Assembly (NCBI GenBank): GCA_045106735.1
Contig: JBGCEZ010000099.1
Coordinates: forward strand, 1 to 59,695
Direction: 5' to 3'
Source: Phycisphaerales bacterium
GTDB taxonomy: Bacteria; Planctomycetota; Phycisphaerae; Phycisphaerales; SM1A02
DNA length: 59,695 bases
Under the pieces are notes generated by a model. The model searched no databases and had not been told where the DNA came from. It saw only the letters and a list, made by a program, of their open reading frames with translations. The position numbers and the translations under genes are program-made. This document shows positions 38,601 through 47,134 of this stretch, piece by piece; position 1 is the stretch's first letter; every line of letters starts with the position of its first letter.

Positions 38601-40107
38601 CTTTTCGACGCAGGCCATCGACCTGGCCACGGCCGATGTGAGCTTCGGCGTCGACGCGGCCGATGGCACGATCACCGTGCGTGGCGACATCATCGAAGTC
38701 GAACGTCTCGCGGCCGAGCGCAACGGTGGCCGCGCGACCGCCCGCGGCGTGTACCGCCTGGGATCGCCCGCCGCGCGGCCGGCGCCGGGCCCCTTCGACA
38801 CCGACCTGGCCATCGGCGTCACGAGCTGGCCGATTTCCTTGCCGGAGCGCGATGTCCACCTTGTCATTGATGGCACGCTCGAAGTGTCCGAGGTGGTGCG
38901 CATGGATCCGGCGCTGGCCGGCGCGGCGCGGGCGGCCGGATTGGTGGACGCGGACGCAGCTCGTCCGATCCGCCCGATACCTGGTCGTCCGGCACCTTCG
39001 GCTTCCGCTGCTTCGTCGGCCATCAGCCTCGTCGCGCCGGCCCGAACGCTCGCTGGCGATGCAGACCTGCGATTCCGCGGGCGCATGGCCGGACGGGATG
39101 TCGCCGACGTGGAAGTCGACGCCCGAATAACCGGCGACACGCTCGATCTGCACGCGATCTCGGGACAGGTGCTCGACGGCGCCCTCAGCGGTCAGGGCCA
39201 TGTGGACCTGAACGATCCGCTGGGGTCGGACCTTGTTGTCGACCTGGTGGCCGCCCGGCCCGAGCGACTCGCGATCGTGTGGCCGCCGGTGGAAGCGGTC
39301 ACCGGCGCGCTCGACGGCCGGCTGGAGATTGGTCCGTCGGCGGATCCGCGGGCGCCCAAGGGCTTGCACCTGGTCGCCGCCTGGGAACCGATTGAACTCG
39401 CGGTGACCGGACTCGACATCGGCCCCGGCGTCGTCACCGGGCACTACGACCCACGGGACGGGCGCGTGGTCTTGCGGCAAGCACAGATGGAGTTGGCCGG
39501 CGGACGCATTGAGGCGTGGGGTCGTGTCGCCCCGAATGCCACCGGCCGAACCGCCTACTTGGAGCTGGCCGCGGTCGATTTGGACCTGGCCATTCTGGGC
39601 GAACGCTTCCTGCCGGACCAGCCGATGGTCGGGCGGGTTGGGGCGAAGGCGTCCGGCACGGCGCCGATTGATGACCTCGCCCGAGCCTTCGGCCAGGGCA
39701 ACCTGACGTTGACGCAGAGCGATTTGGGGGCGGTCCCCGTCTTCAGCGAGATCTACGGGTTGCTCAATCTCGACTTCGTGAGCCAGAAGCCTCGCGGCAC
39801 CGGCATCGGGCAGTTCCGCTTCGAAGAAGGGACGCTGATCGTTCCCGACCTGCGGTATCAGAACCGCGGCGCCCAAGTCGTACTGGACGTGCGGGTTGAT
39901 GACGTCTTGCTCGGGCCGGCCGGTCGGATCCGCGGCAACGTCCGCGCCTCGCAGTCCCTGCTGCCGGAAGTGGATTTCCTCAGTTCGGTGAACGATGCGC
40001 TCTCAGTGCTGCAGCGCGATGTGCTCAACGCCCGACTGGAAGGCACGCTCGCCAATCCGGTGATCCGCCCCGGATCGCTGCTCGATTTCGGCGACGACGC
40101 GCGATGA
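35611..40107 (+). CDS. Giant AsmA/TamB-like envelope protein (N-terminal signal-anchor, ~1500 aa beta-rich periplasmic body)
   Basis: Basic N-terminus, then the TM segment IVVLSVLGGLVVAGVVITAEW, followed by a long Gly/Ala/Val-rich repetitive body with PSPSPSPS and other low-complexity inserts. AsmA/TamB assignment is by architecture only. Start ambiguous (35551, 35611 or 35623). Confidence 0.5.
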   Translation: MSRPMSGESNESGASATRPARRRKTRHQRRQRRRGRWLRRIVVLSVLGGLVVAGVVITAEWVRRGDLPRQIVRDQLEATLGLPVELDGFRFSWGGRSEVQGLRLGLPLRDGEFLSVDSVTIEHAGIVPLALTRNLGLTSVDIVDPEITLDLGAGDLASLQEVFAARFGGSGDSANGAPAGGGGGIGIAGLPDLSLQGLTVHLAGVPSEDGPRDVKLAGGSITLQSAGRLQSDVRVDVPGVATVDGRVHGAAPWSHELRFAVQPTGDLADLLPAALGDAVLVRGALDGRTGPVNVVGRSAGGANGGATAGVVTGNVAGSSRVPSGPPSNGYSADLRLDAAQAAGASVRGGLQIAFAGGTADVQPASLVVELPAALAEALAAAVEPLGGLGVGPHTVRGGRVTRGTDGLIMVDGVGLDAHRTSVLLDAIVDPSRGRAGVRVDVSGDGLGDPSEAMRAMVAEDSDAADAVEAALDRAAAPGDPAAQVAVSADAAGKPSSTAADPVIANPRGVDPVSAPAAPAVPAAPVVPIDPMDALTADDAAESATPTGLAIHAAALATWTSDGAWTVDAVVETGGRAPGLAGAGAIRVRGASADAQQQWRIIADDVVVDRGTGEVIALPPLSARVRGEADAWSLESADWLPAGTRVMRPEAAWAAIQPRVIASDEPGIGTIVEANAPAVDRPGRAASDAAARQWASQNVALTLRGVHRPADAPATALHADMRWTGDVRELVGLAPVSPAASGAAARGSTANGSAANGSAPASDPPVANRFTIDLDRIGDGPVDATLQGLVDNAAMVGRGRWAPELDRPLELDVSVRPRSGDRFATPVSGWTVAELDADLDVRGGFDPVAFDATGSVRLARVLAGDEPIGDVVAELRATGNDERIAAELMSGDVFGGPVSVDGTWWPATTRLEATIDAAPDPDRVPWSQILPPTVASALDVRAIGPLQASVVIAPSAFSPPPSPSPSPSAATSPVTVAGGESASASGAANASDTPIRITFSTQAIDLATADVSFGVDAADGTITVRGDIIEVERLAAERNGGRATARGVYRLGSPAARPAPGPFDTDLAIGVTSWPISLPERDVHLVIDGTLEVSEVVRMDPALAGAARAAGLVDADAARPIRPIPGRPAPSASAASSAISLVAPARTLAGDADLRFRGRMAGRDVADVEVDARITGDTLDLHAISGQVLDGALSGQGHVDLNDPLGSDLVVDLVAARPERLAIVWPPVEAVTGALDGRLEIGPSADPRAPKGLHLVAAWEPIELAVTGLDIGPGVVTGHYDPRDGRVVLRQAQMELAGGRIEAWGRVAPNATGRTAYLELAAVDLDLAILGERFLPDQPMVGRVGAKASGTAPIDDLARAFGQGNLTLTQSDLGAVPVFSEIYGLLNLDFVSQKPRGTGIGQFRFEEGTLIVPDLRYQNRGAQVVLDVRVDDVLLGPAGRIRGNVRASQSLLPEVDFLSSVNDALSVLQRDVLNARLEGTLANPVIRPGSLLDFGDDAR

Positions 40108-40337
40108 GCCGGCCCAAGCGCCATCGCCTTTTGATCGCCATGGTCGCGTTGAAGCTGGCGTTCGCCGGGCTCGTGGTGCTTCGCGTGCTGTCGTGGCGTC
40201 CGGCGGAGGACGGCCAGCCGGTGGCGGCGAGCCCGACGATCGTCGACCATGGCCTCAACGTCGGAATCGGGGCGGTGGCCATTGCGGCGATCGTCCTGGG
40301 ATTCGCGGCGTTCCGCGAGATCACCCGCCGGGGCTGA
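40104..40337 (+). CDS. Small two-TM membrane protein (77 aa), ATGA-coupled to the giant gene
   Basis: ATG overlaps the upstream TGA. Two hydrophobic segments (LLIAMVALKLAFAGLVVLRVL; VGIGAVAIAAIVLGFAAF). Confidence 0.45.
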   Translation: MSRPKRHRLLIAMVALKLAFAGLVVLRVLSWRPAEDGQPVAASPTIVDHGLNVGIGAVAIAAIVLGFAAFREITRRG

Positions 40338-40373
40338 ACGACCGACGCCTTTCTCCTTGCGAGCGCTCACCGC

Positions 40374-43013
40374 ATGCCCCTGCGACACACCCGATGGTTG
40401 GTCTTCTTCGTCTTCGCGATCAGTGGCATCGCCGGTCTCGGCTACCAGGTCACGTGGACGCGCATGTTCGCGGTGGGCCTTGGGCACGAGATGCCGGGTC
40501 TGCTCGCCGTGGTCACGGCCTTTTTCGTGGGCCTTGGCCTGGGCGGCCTGCTGTTGGACGGGCCGATCAGCCGGAGCCGGCGGCCAGGCCGCTGGTACGC
40601 GTGGCTCGAAGTCATCATCGGCGTGTGGGCCATCGTGATCGCCTTCGCCGCCCCGGCGCTGGCTCGCCTGGCCGCCGATCTGATTGGTCCGGTTCCGACG
40701 CCGGCCCGCCAATGGACCGTTGCCTTCCTGCTGCCGATGCTCTCGTTGCTTCCGGCGACGGTGGCGATGGGCGGCACCCTGCCGGCGATCGAGCGCCTGG
40801 CTGGCCGTCTGGCGGGGCGCGGCACGCTGGTCGCCGGGCTTTACGCGGCCAACACCTTCGGGGCGATGCTCGGCATCGTGCTCGCCGCCACCGTGTTCAT
40901 GCCGATGCTCGGGCTTCGCGGCACCGGCCTGCTGATGGCCGGCATCAACCTGCTCGCCGCAGCGCTGACGTGGTTCGGCCCGGCGGTGGGCGAAGCGGAA
41001 CGTCCGGACGTCGCCCACGCCTTTGAAGATGCGCCCGGGCCGTGGCGTATTGGCGGTCTGATGGTCGGCACCGGTTTTCTCGGCATCGCCTTTGAGGTGG
41101 CCGGCGTACGAATCATCGGCCAGGTGCTCGAGAACACCGTTTACACCTACGCCAGCACCGTGGCCATGTTCTTGGCCGGGACCGCCGTGGGCGCGGCGGT
41201 CTTTCAGCGCTTCGGTCGCGTGCGCCGCTTTGGGCCGACGGCCGGATGGCTGCTCTTGATGATCGCCCTCGGCGTCTTCCTCGGGTCGGTCGTGATGCCC
41301 GGCAGTGCGGAGATCCAGGCCACCGTCCGGCGTTCGCTCGTGCCCTCGATGCCGCGCGTGTCCTCGATCCTGGCCGAACTCACCGTCGCCGCTTTGGTCT
41401 TTGGCCCGGCAACGCTCGCCATGGGCGCGATGTTCAGCCACGCGGCCCTGGCCGCCCGCGGTCCCGGCGGCGGCATTGGCCGTGCGGCCGGGCTCAACAC
41501 CTTGGCCGGCGCTGCGGCCCCCGCCGCCGCAGGATTGCTGGGCATCCCGCTCATCGGCGGACGGGCCACGATGATCGCGATCGCCGCGGCGTACGTCCTC
41601 TTGGCGTTGGCCACGATTCCCTGGCCCGCATTGCGCTGGCGATGGCTGGCCGCCGGCATCGCCACCGCCGCCGCCGCCGCCGTGCTCACGCCCCCGCTCA
41701 TGCTCGTCGAAGCGCCGGCCGAGATGCGCACGATCGCGAGCCGAGAAGGTGTGATGGGCACCGTCTTGGTGGCCGAACAAACGGTCGCTCCTGGCGGGCG
41801 ACTTCTCAAGGTCAACAATGCATTCAACATGGGTGGCACGCGATTCAGCTTCGGCGATCGCCGGCAAACCCACGTGCCCCTGATGTGTCATCCGGCGCCG
41901 CGTGAAGTGTTGTTTCTTGGCGTGGGATCAGGTTTGACGGCCGGCGCGGCGGTTCTGCATCGACCCGAATCGGTGACCGCGGTTGAACTCGTGCCGGAAG
42001 TCGTGGAGATGTTGCCCGAGTTTTCCCCGCAGAACCGCTACGAGCAAGTCGATCGGATGTTGGTAGCCGATGCGCGGCGTTTTGTCCGCACCGATGATCG
42101 CGACTACGACGTCATCGTCGCTGACTTGTTCCATCCGGCGCGCGATGGGGCTGGCACGCTCTACACCTTGGAGCACTTTGCCGCGGTTCGCGACCGGCTG
42201 GCCAGTGACGGGATTTTCTGCCAGTGGTTGCCGCTGTACCAGCTCGATGCGGACACGGTGCGCATGATCGTGCGGACATTCCGCGAAGTCTTCCCCAACG
42301 CGGAAGGATGGCTGGCCACCTACAACGTGGAGACGCCGATGCTCGGGCTCATTGGCGGGCGATCACCCGATTGGGCCGGGGCGGTGCGCTTCGACGATTC
42401 GTGGATCGCGACGGTGCGGGCGCGGGCGGTACGCGGTGCGTCGGACAGCCAGATGGCCGAAGCGTTCGCCGTCGAGTTGCAGGAGCTCGCCCTCACCCGG
42501 CTTGAGGATCTTGCCGCGTGCCGCATGCTCGATGTCGAAGGTCTGGCCGCGTTCGCTGGCGATGGTCCGTTGAATACCGACGATCGGCCGCGGGTGATGT
42601 TCAATGCCCCGTGGCACACGTACGCAACGCCCGAGGCGGTGGCCGGTCCGGCGCGGCTGAGCGAAGTGCTTGCGGTGGCCGCGGAGCGCGAGATCGGCCC
42701 GCGGCTTTCGGCCGACATGGACGAAGAAAGGGTGGCGGCGGTTCGGCTGCACCGGACGGCGGTCGAGCGGTACCTCAAAGGCACCATCGCCCTCAAGCAA
42801 GGCGATGGCGACGGACTGACATGGCTGTTGGAGTCGGCCGGCATGAGCGACGCGTTTTCGCTGCCGGTGGCGGTGATCATCCAGCAAGCCGAGGGCCTGA
42901 TCGAGCGCGGGCGGACCGATGCGGCCGTCGAACTCATGCGGCGTCTCCGCGAACAACGGCCGTCGGACCCCCGGATCCTGCAGGAAATGCAGCGACTGTT
43001 CCGGGCTCGTTGA
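40374..43013 (+). CDS. Fused MFS-like membrane domain / spermidine synthase-like (polyamine aminopropyltransferase family) protein with C-terminal TPR-like region
   Basis: Multi-TM N-terminus (WLVFFVFAISGIAGLGYQVTWTRMF), then a class-I methyltransferase/spermidine-synthase fold region (VLFLGVGSGLTAGAAVLHRPESVTAVELVPEVVEM...DYDVIVADLFHP). This is the known 'fused MFS/spermidine synthase' architecture. Confidence 0.7.
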   Translation: MPLRHTRWLVFFVFAISGIAGLGYQVTWTRMFAVGLGHEMPGLLAVVTAFFVGLGLGGLLLDGPISRSRRPGRWYAWLEVIIGVWAIVIAFAAPALARLAADLIGPVPTPARQWTVAFLLPMLSLLPATVAMGGTLPAIERLAGRLAGRGTLVAGLYAANTFGAMLGIVLAATVFMPMLGLRGTGLLMAGINLLAAALTWFGPAVGEAERPDVAHAFEDAPGPWRIGGLMVGTGFLGIAFEVAGVRIIGQVLENTVYTYASTVAMFLAGTAVGAAVFQRFGRVRRFGPTAGWLLLMIALGVFLGSVVMPGSAEIQATVRRSLVPSMPRVSSILAELTVAALVFGPATLAMGAMFSHAALAARGPGGGIGRAAGLNTLAGAAAPAAAGLLGIPLIGGRATMIAIAAAYVLLALATIPWPALRWRWLAAGIATAAAAAVLTPPLMLVEAPAEMRTIASREGVMGTVLVAEQTVAPGGRLLKVNNAFNMGGTRFSFGDRRQTHVPLMCHPAPREVLFLGVGSGLTAGAAVLHRPESVTAVELVPEVVEMLPEFSPQNRYEQVDRMLVADARRFVRTDDRDYDVIVADLFHPARDGAGTLYTLEHFAAVRDRLASDGIFCQWLPLYQLDADTVRMIVRTFREVFPNAEGWLATYNVETPMLGLIGGRSPDWAGAVRFDDSWIATVRARAVRGASDSQMAEAFAVELQELALTRLEDLAACRMLDVEGLAAFAGDGPLNTDDRPRVMFNAPWHTYATPEAVAGPARLSEVLAVAAEREIGPRLSADMDEERVAAVRLHRTAVERYLKGTIALKQGDGDGLTWLLESAGMSDAFSLPVAVIIQQAEGLIERGRTDAAVELMRRLREQRPSDPRILQEMQRLFRAR

Positions 43014-43266
43014 GGCTCGGTGATGTTCGCTGCGGCTCGCTGAGTCTTGAGACTCGCTGAGGCCTGGCTGGCCGTCAGAGCCCATCGACTGAACGAAAAC
43101 GTGCAAAACGGCCACTGGCCTGGCGATCGCGGAGATTTTTCTGCCGGGCTGTCGATTCGCGCGATGCCCGTTCGTCGTCACCATGGAGACCGGCGCCGTG
43201 TCGGCTCCGGCCAGTCCGACACCACCCCAATCGGCCCCGCCCACAGAGCGGATGGAGATTCCGACG

Positions 43267-43671
43267 ATGAAGTACCTGCTGCTGATCAACGCCCCCGAAA
43301 CCCTCGAGGCCAACATGACCCAAGAGGAGATGGGCACGCTCATGGCCGGCTACGGCCGGTTCACCGAAGAGATCATCGCCGCCGGCGCGATGGTTGACGG
43401 CCAGCGGTTGCAGCCGACGAATACCGCCACCACCGTCCGGGTGCGTGACGGCGAGGCCGTTGTCAGCGACGGCCCGTTCGCCGAAACGAAGGAACAGTTC
43501 GGCGGGTTCTACGTGATCGAAGCGCCGGACCTCGACTCGGCCATCGCGTGGGCCCGCAAGATTCCGAGTGTCGAGCACGGTTCGATCGAGATTCGCCCCA
43601 TCTGGGAAATGGAAGGCGACTCGGCCGCCGCCGGAGAAGCCGCACTCGCCGAGTTGTCCGACACCGCGTAA
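43267..43671 (+). CDS. YciI-like (DGPF domain) protein
   Basis: MKYLLLINAPE...VDGQRLQPTNTATTVRVRDGEAVVSDGPFAETKEQFGGFYVIEAPDLDSAIAWARKIP is a typical YciI/DGPF family sequence. Confidence 0.75.
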   Translation: MKYLLLINAPETLEANMTQEEMGTLMAGYGRFTEEIIAAGAMVDGQRLQPTNTATTVRVRDGEAVVSDGPFAETKEQFGGFYVIEAPDLDSAIAWARKIPSVEHGSIEIRPIWEMEGDSAAAGEAALAELSDTA

Positions 43672-43677
43672 GTCCTG

Positions 43678-43733
43678 CCGGACCGCCGGACCGCCGGACC
43701 GCCGGACCGCCGGATTGCCGGATTGCCGGATTG
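43678..43733. repeat. Intergenic 8-nt tandem repeat: (CCGGACCG)x4 followed by (CCGGATTG)x3
   Basis: Read directly, immediately 3' of the YciI-like stop and ~140 nt upstream of the next gene. Confidence 0.7.
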
Positions 43734-43875
43734 CCCACCGTCTCGACGTATCGCCGCCGCGCGACGGCAAAATCGCCCAACGCCGGGCGCACGCTGTACG
43801 CCCGCCCCGCCACGCAACAGCCCGAATTCCGCTGTGCAGTCCACTCTGGCTGTACAAGCAACCTGGAGTCCAGAT

Positions 43876-44535
43876 ATGAAGCCTTCCCACGCCGCCTCGT
43901 TCACCGCCGCCATCATCCTGGCCGCCTCCGCGGCCGCGATTGCCGCCGTCACCAGTGCCGGACCGCCCGTCGACGCGATTTCCACCGCGGAAGCGCCGTG
44001 CGCGGCGAGCTGCTGCGGGGCGGGTTCGACCCCCGGCGAGGTCATCTCCATCGGCGCGGTCGCGGAAACCGCGCCCGGCGCTGATCACGGCGGGCCGGCT
44101 GCCTTTGAGATGATGAAGCAGCGGCTGGGGACGTGGTACGCCGCCGGTCCGGACGGCGAGCCCACCGATGAGATCATGAGCGAGTTTCGCCTGACGGCTG
44201 GCGGCTCGGCCATCATCGAGACCCTCTTCCCCGGAAAGCCGCACGAGATGATCTCGATGTACCACGTGGAAGATGGCCGCCTCCACATGGTGCACTACTG
44301 CGTGTTGAAGAACCGCCCGCACCTGATCGCCCACACGGGCTCGTCGGCGAACGAACTTGTCTTCCAGTGCGTTCCCAATGACCCGGCGGCCAAGGACGGG
44401 GCGGCGCACATGGGCCGCGGCGTCGTCCGCTACATCGGCACCGATCGCATCAGCAGCGATTGGAACAAGATCGAAGCCGGCGCCGTCGCCGAGGCCATGC
44501 ACTTCGAGATGATCCGGGTCCCGGCCGGCGAATGA
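43876..44535 (+). CDS. Secreted hypothetical protein (signal peptide, Cys cluster CAASCCG), ATGA-coupled to the downstream sigma factor
   Basis: MKPSHAASFTAAIILAASAAAIAA is signal-like. No recognisable domain. Stop overlaps the sigma-factor ATG at 44532. Confidence 0.55.
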   Translation: MKPSHAASFTAAIILAASAAAIAAVTSAGPPVDAISTAEAPCAASCCGAGSTPGEVISIGAVAETAPGADHGGPAAFEMMKQRLGTWYAAGPDGEPTDEIMSEFRLTAGGSAIIETLFPGKPHEMISMYHVEDGRLHMVHYCVLKNRPHLIAHTGSSANELVFQCVPNDPAAKDGAAHMGRGVVRYIGTDRISSDWNKIEAGAVAEAMHFEMIRVPAGE

Positions 44536-45914
44536 GCCACGACCCCGCGTCTTCATCGGCCGAGGAGTCGGACCTCGCCCGCCCTGCCGCCCGCCCTGCC
44601 GACCCCGCCGCCGACTCCAGGATCGACCCCGAGGCCCGGCCTGGCGGAACACCCACCGCGCCGGGCCTCGAGCGCATCCACCGGCACGAGTCGGGGCGGG
44701 TGATGGCGGTCCTGGTGCGTGAGCTCGGATCCATGGACCGGGCGGAAGACGCGCTGCAGGAAGCGTGGGCCCGGGCACTTGAGCACTGGCCGGCTGATGG
44801 AACGCCCGAACGCCCAGGGGCGTGGCTGTTGACCGTGGCCCGGCGGGCGGCGATTGATCGGGGGCGACGCGAAGGCCGGCGGGCGACGGTGGAAGACCAG
44901 GCCGCGGCTCGAACGCAGCGCGACCACGCGGCCCGGGCTTCGGCGGCCGCAGCGGAGGTGGACGACGCGATGGACGGGACGGTGCCAGATGAACGCCTGC
45001 GGTTGATCTTTACCTGCTGCCATCCGTCCATTGAGGCCGGCACGCGGTTGATTCTGACGCTGCGTTCCCTCGGTGGATTGCACGTGCCAGAGATTGCGGC
45101 GGCGCTCTTGATGCCGGTGGCGACCGTCAGCCAGCGATTGGTGCGGGCCAAACGGAAGATTGCGGGGGCAGGCATTCCGTTCCGCGTGCCAGAGGCCCGC
45201 GAACTCCCTGAGCGCTTGCCGGCCGTCCTGGCCGTCCTGACGCTGATCTTCAATGAGGGGTACGCGGCGAGCAGCGGCGACAGCGTGGTCCGCGCCGAAC
45301 TCTGCGAGGACGCGATTCACCTCGCCCGCATGCTCACCCGGGCATTGCCCGACGAACCGGAAGCCCGCGGATTGCTGGCCCTGATGTTGCTGCACCACGC
45401 GCGGCGGGCGGGCCGAGCGGATGCGGCCGGCGTGCCGCTTCGCTTGCACGAACAGGACCGTTCCGGCTGGGACATGCGGGCGATTCACGAGGCGGAAGCC
45501 GAGCTTGACCGGGCGATGGCCGCCGGCCGTCCGGGGCCGCAACAGATCCAGGCGGCGATCGCGGCCTTGCACGCCACCGCCCCCAGCGCCGACGAGACCG
45601 ACTGGGACCAGATCGTCCAGTTGTACGGTGCGCTCATGGCCCTGCAGCCCACGTCGGTTGTCGCCCTGAATCGGGCGGTGGCCGTGGCCATGCGCGATGG
45701 ACCCGAGACCGGGCTCACGATCGTGGAGTCCCTGGCTGGCGATCCATCGATGCAGCGATTTCGCTACTTCCACGCGACGCGCGGCGAGTTGTTGCGGCAG
45801 ATGGGCGACTTGGCGGCCGCGGCCAACAGTTTCGCCCGGGCGCTGGAGTGCACGAGCGGCGCGGGAGAGCGTGCCTTGTTGCACCGGTGGATTTCGGAGT
45901 GCCAGGCGGGTTGA
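44532..45914 (+). CDS. ECF-type RNA polymerase sigma factor with long C-terminal extension (COG4941/ECF56-like)
   Basis: Sigma-70 region 2 (LQEAWARALEHW...GAWLLTVARRAAIDRGRRE), region 4 (LRSLGGLHVPEIAAALLMPVATVSQRLVRAKRKI), and a ~250-aa extension. This class typically neighbours YciI-like genes. Confidence 0.75.
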   Translation: MSHDPASSSAEESDLARPAARPADPAADSRIDPEARPGGTPTAPGLERIHRHESGRVMAVLVRELGSMDRAEDALQEAWARALEHWPADGTPERPGAWLLTVARRAAIDRGRREGRRATVEDQAAARTQRDHAARASAAAAEVDDAMDGTVPDERLRLIFTCCHPSIEAGTRLILTLRSLGGLHVPEIAAALLMPVATVSQRLVRAKRKIAGAGIPFRVPEARELPERLPAVLAVLTLIFNEGYAASSGDSVVRAELCEDAIHLARMLTRALPDEPEARGLLALMLLHHARRAGRADAAGVPLRLHEQDRSGWDMRAIHEAEAELDRAMAAGRPGPQQIQAAIAALHATAPSADETDWDQIVQLYGALMALQPTSVVALNRAVAVAMRDGPETGLTIVESLAGDPSMQRFRYFHATRGELLRQMGDLAAAANSFARALECTSGAGERALLHRWISECQAG

Positions 45915-46085
45915 CACGTCGTCGTCGTCGTCGGTGGCGGTGATTCCGGCCGTGGCTCCGGCGGCGATTGCGGCGGCGGACACGCCTGCGGACACATCTG
46001 TGGGCACAACTGCGGCGTCGGCCACACCTGCGGACGCGGGCCTGTTGTTCTCGTCCGTCGCTGATCCCGCCCGCGGGCCGGCCCC

Positions 46086-46478
46086 TCAGTCCACCTGCGA
46101 CTCGCGGACCGCGATGCAGTCAATCTCCACCAGCGCCCCGAGCGGGTTCTGCTTCACGGCCACCGTTGTCCGGGCTGGGTGGTGCCGCGCGAAGTACTTG
46201 CCGTACACCGCATTCATGCCGTCGAAATCTTTCATGTCCGACAGGAAGACGCCGCAGCGGACGACGCGGTCCATGCCGAGGCTGAGCTGTCGCAAGACCT
46301 CCGAGAGGTTCCGCAGCACTTGGTCGGTCTGCACCTCAATGGTGTCGCCGACAAGTTCACCAGTGACCGGATCGATGGGCGTCTGGCCCGACAAGAAGAT
46401 CATGTCGCCCGCTTCAACGGCGTGCGAGTACGGGCCAATGGCGCGGGGAACGCCGGGGAGAACGTGGGGCTTCAGCAT
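46086..46478 (-). CDS. ridA: RidA/YjgF/TdcF family reactive-intermediate deaminase
   Basis: AIGPYSHAVEAGDMIFLSGQTPIDPVTGELVGDTIEVQTDQVLRNL...ARTTVAVKQNPLGALVEIDCIAV is classic RidA. Start taken at MLKPH. Confidence 0.8.
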   Translation of the reverse strand: MLKPHVLPGVPRAIGPYSHAVEAGDMIFLSGQTPIDPVTGELVGDTIEVQTDQVLRNLSEVLRQLSLGMDRVVRCGVFLSDMKDFDGMNAVYGKYFARHHPARTTVAVKQNPLGALVEIDCIAVRESQVD

Positions 46479-47134
46479 GATCGGGATCCGAGACGACGGG
46501 ATTGAGTGATGGTGCCGGGCGAGCGTATCGCGAATGAGCGCGGCGCACACTTGCAGGAGATCACCAAAAATCAGCAGTGAAACGTTGACATGCTCAAAGT
46601 CGCTGGCATGATCTCGTCTTCCGCCACGGTGGCGGATCGTTGGCGGGCCCGTGCCCGCACCCGGAGACTCTCAGTGCTGACCCAATCCAATCACGAAGCG
46701 ATCGACATTCGAATGTCCGCCCTCGTGGTGTCGGACAGCATGGCCGCCGGCCTTCCGGCTGGCTCGATGACCCCGCTGTCAGGCAGATGCCTGCACCACA
46801 CGGCGTCGGCATTCGTCTCCGGATGACGCAGGACGGTCCTGCTGCATCCATACAACCAGTTGAACGACCGAATCACCTGAGGTGATGAATCGCGTTGCGT
46901 TGCGCACGGTGTGCCGACGCAAGCGGTGATGGATGTTCGTTGATGTGGCCCGCGCCGCATTTGCGACATCGGCCTTCTGTGGTTGGGTTTCCGTGCACGT
47001 TGCGATGCGCGCTTGTTGCGATCCACCAATGGGTGGCGCGATCGGTGCGTCATCTCCCAGACCGACCGGGGCTCAAGCTCGCACTTCCGCGGGTTCCCGT
47101 GCCCCCCTCAGCCCCCCGGGCCCATGTGAACACC

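Noticed and set aside
46640-46885. 81-aa ORF in the ridA/KS-tail-gene divergent intergenic region
   Set aside because: No RBS, an Arg/Pro-rich composition and no conservation cues. Treated as a chance ORF in promoter DNA.
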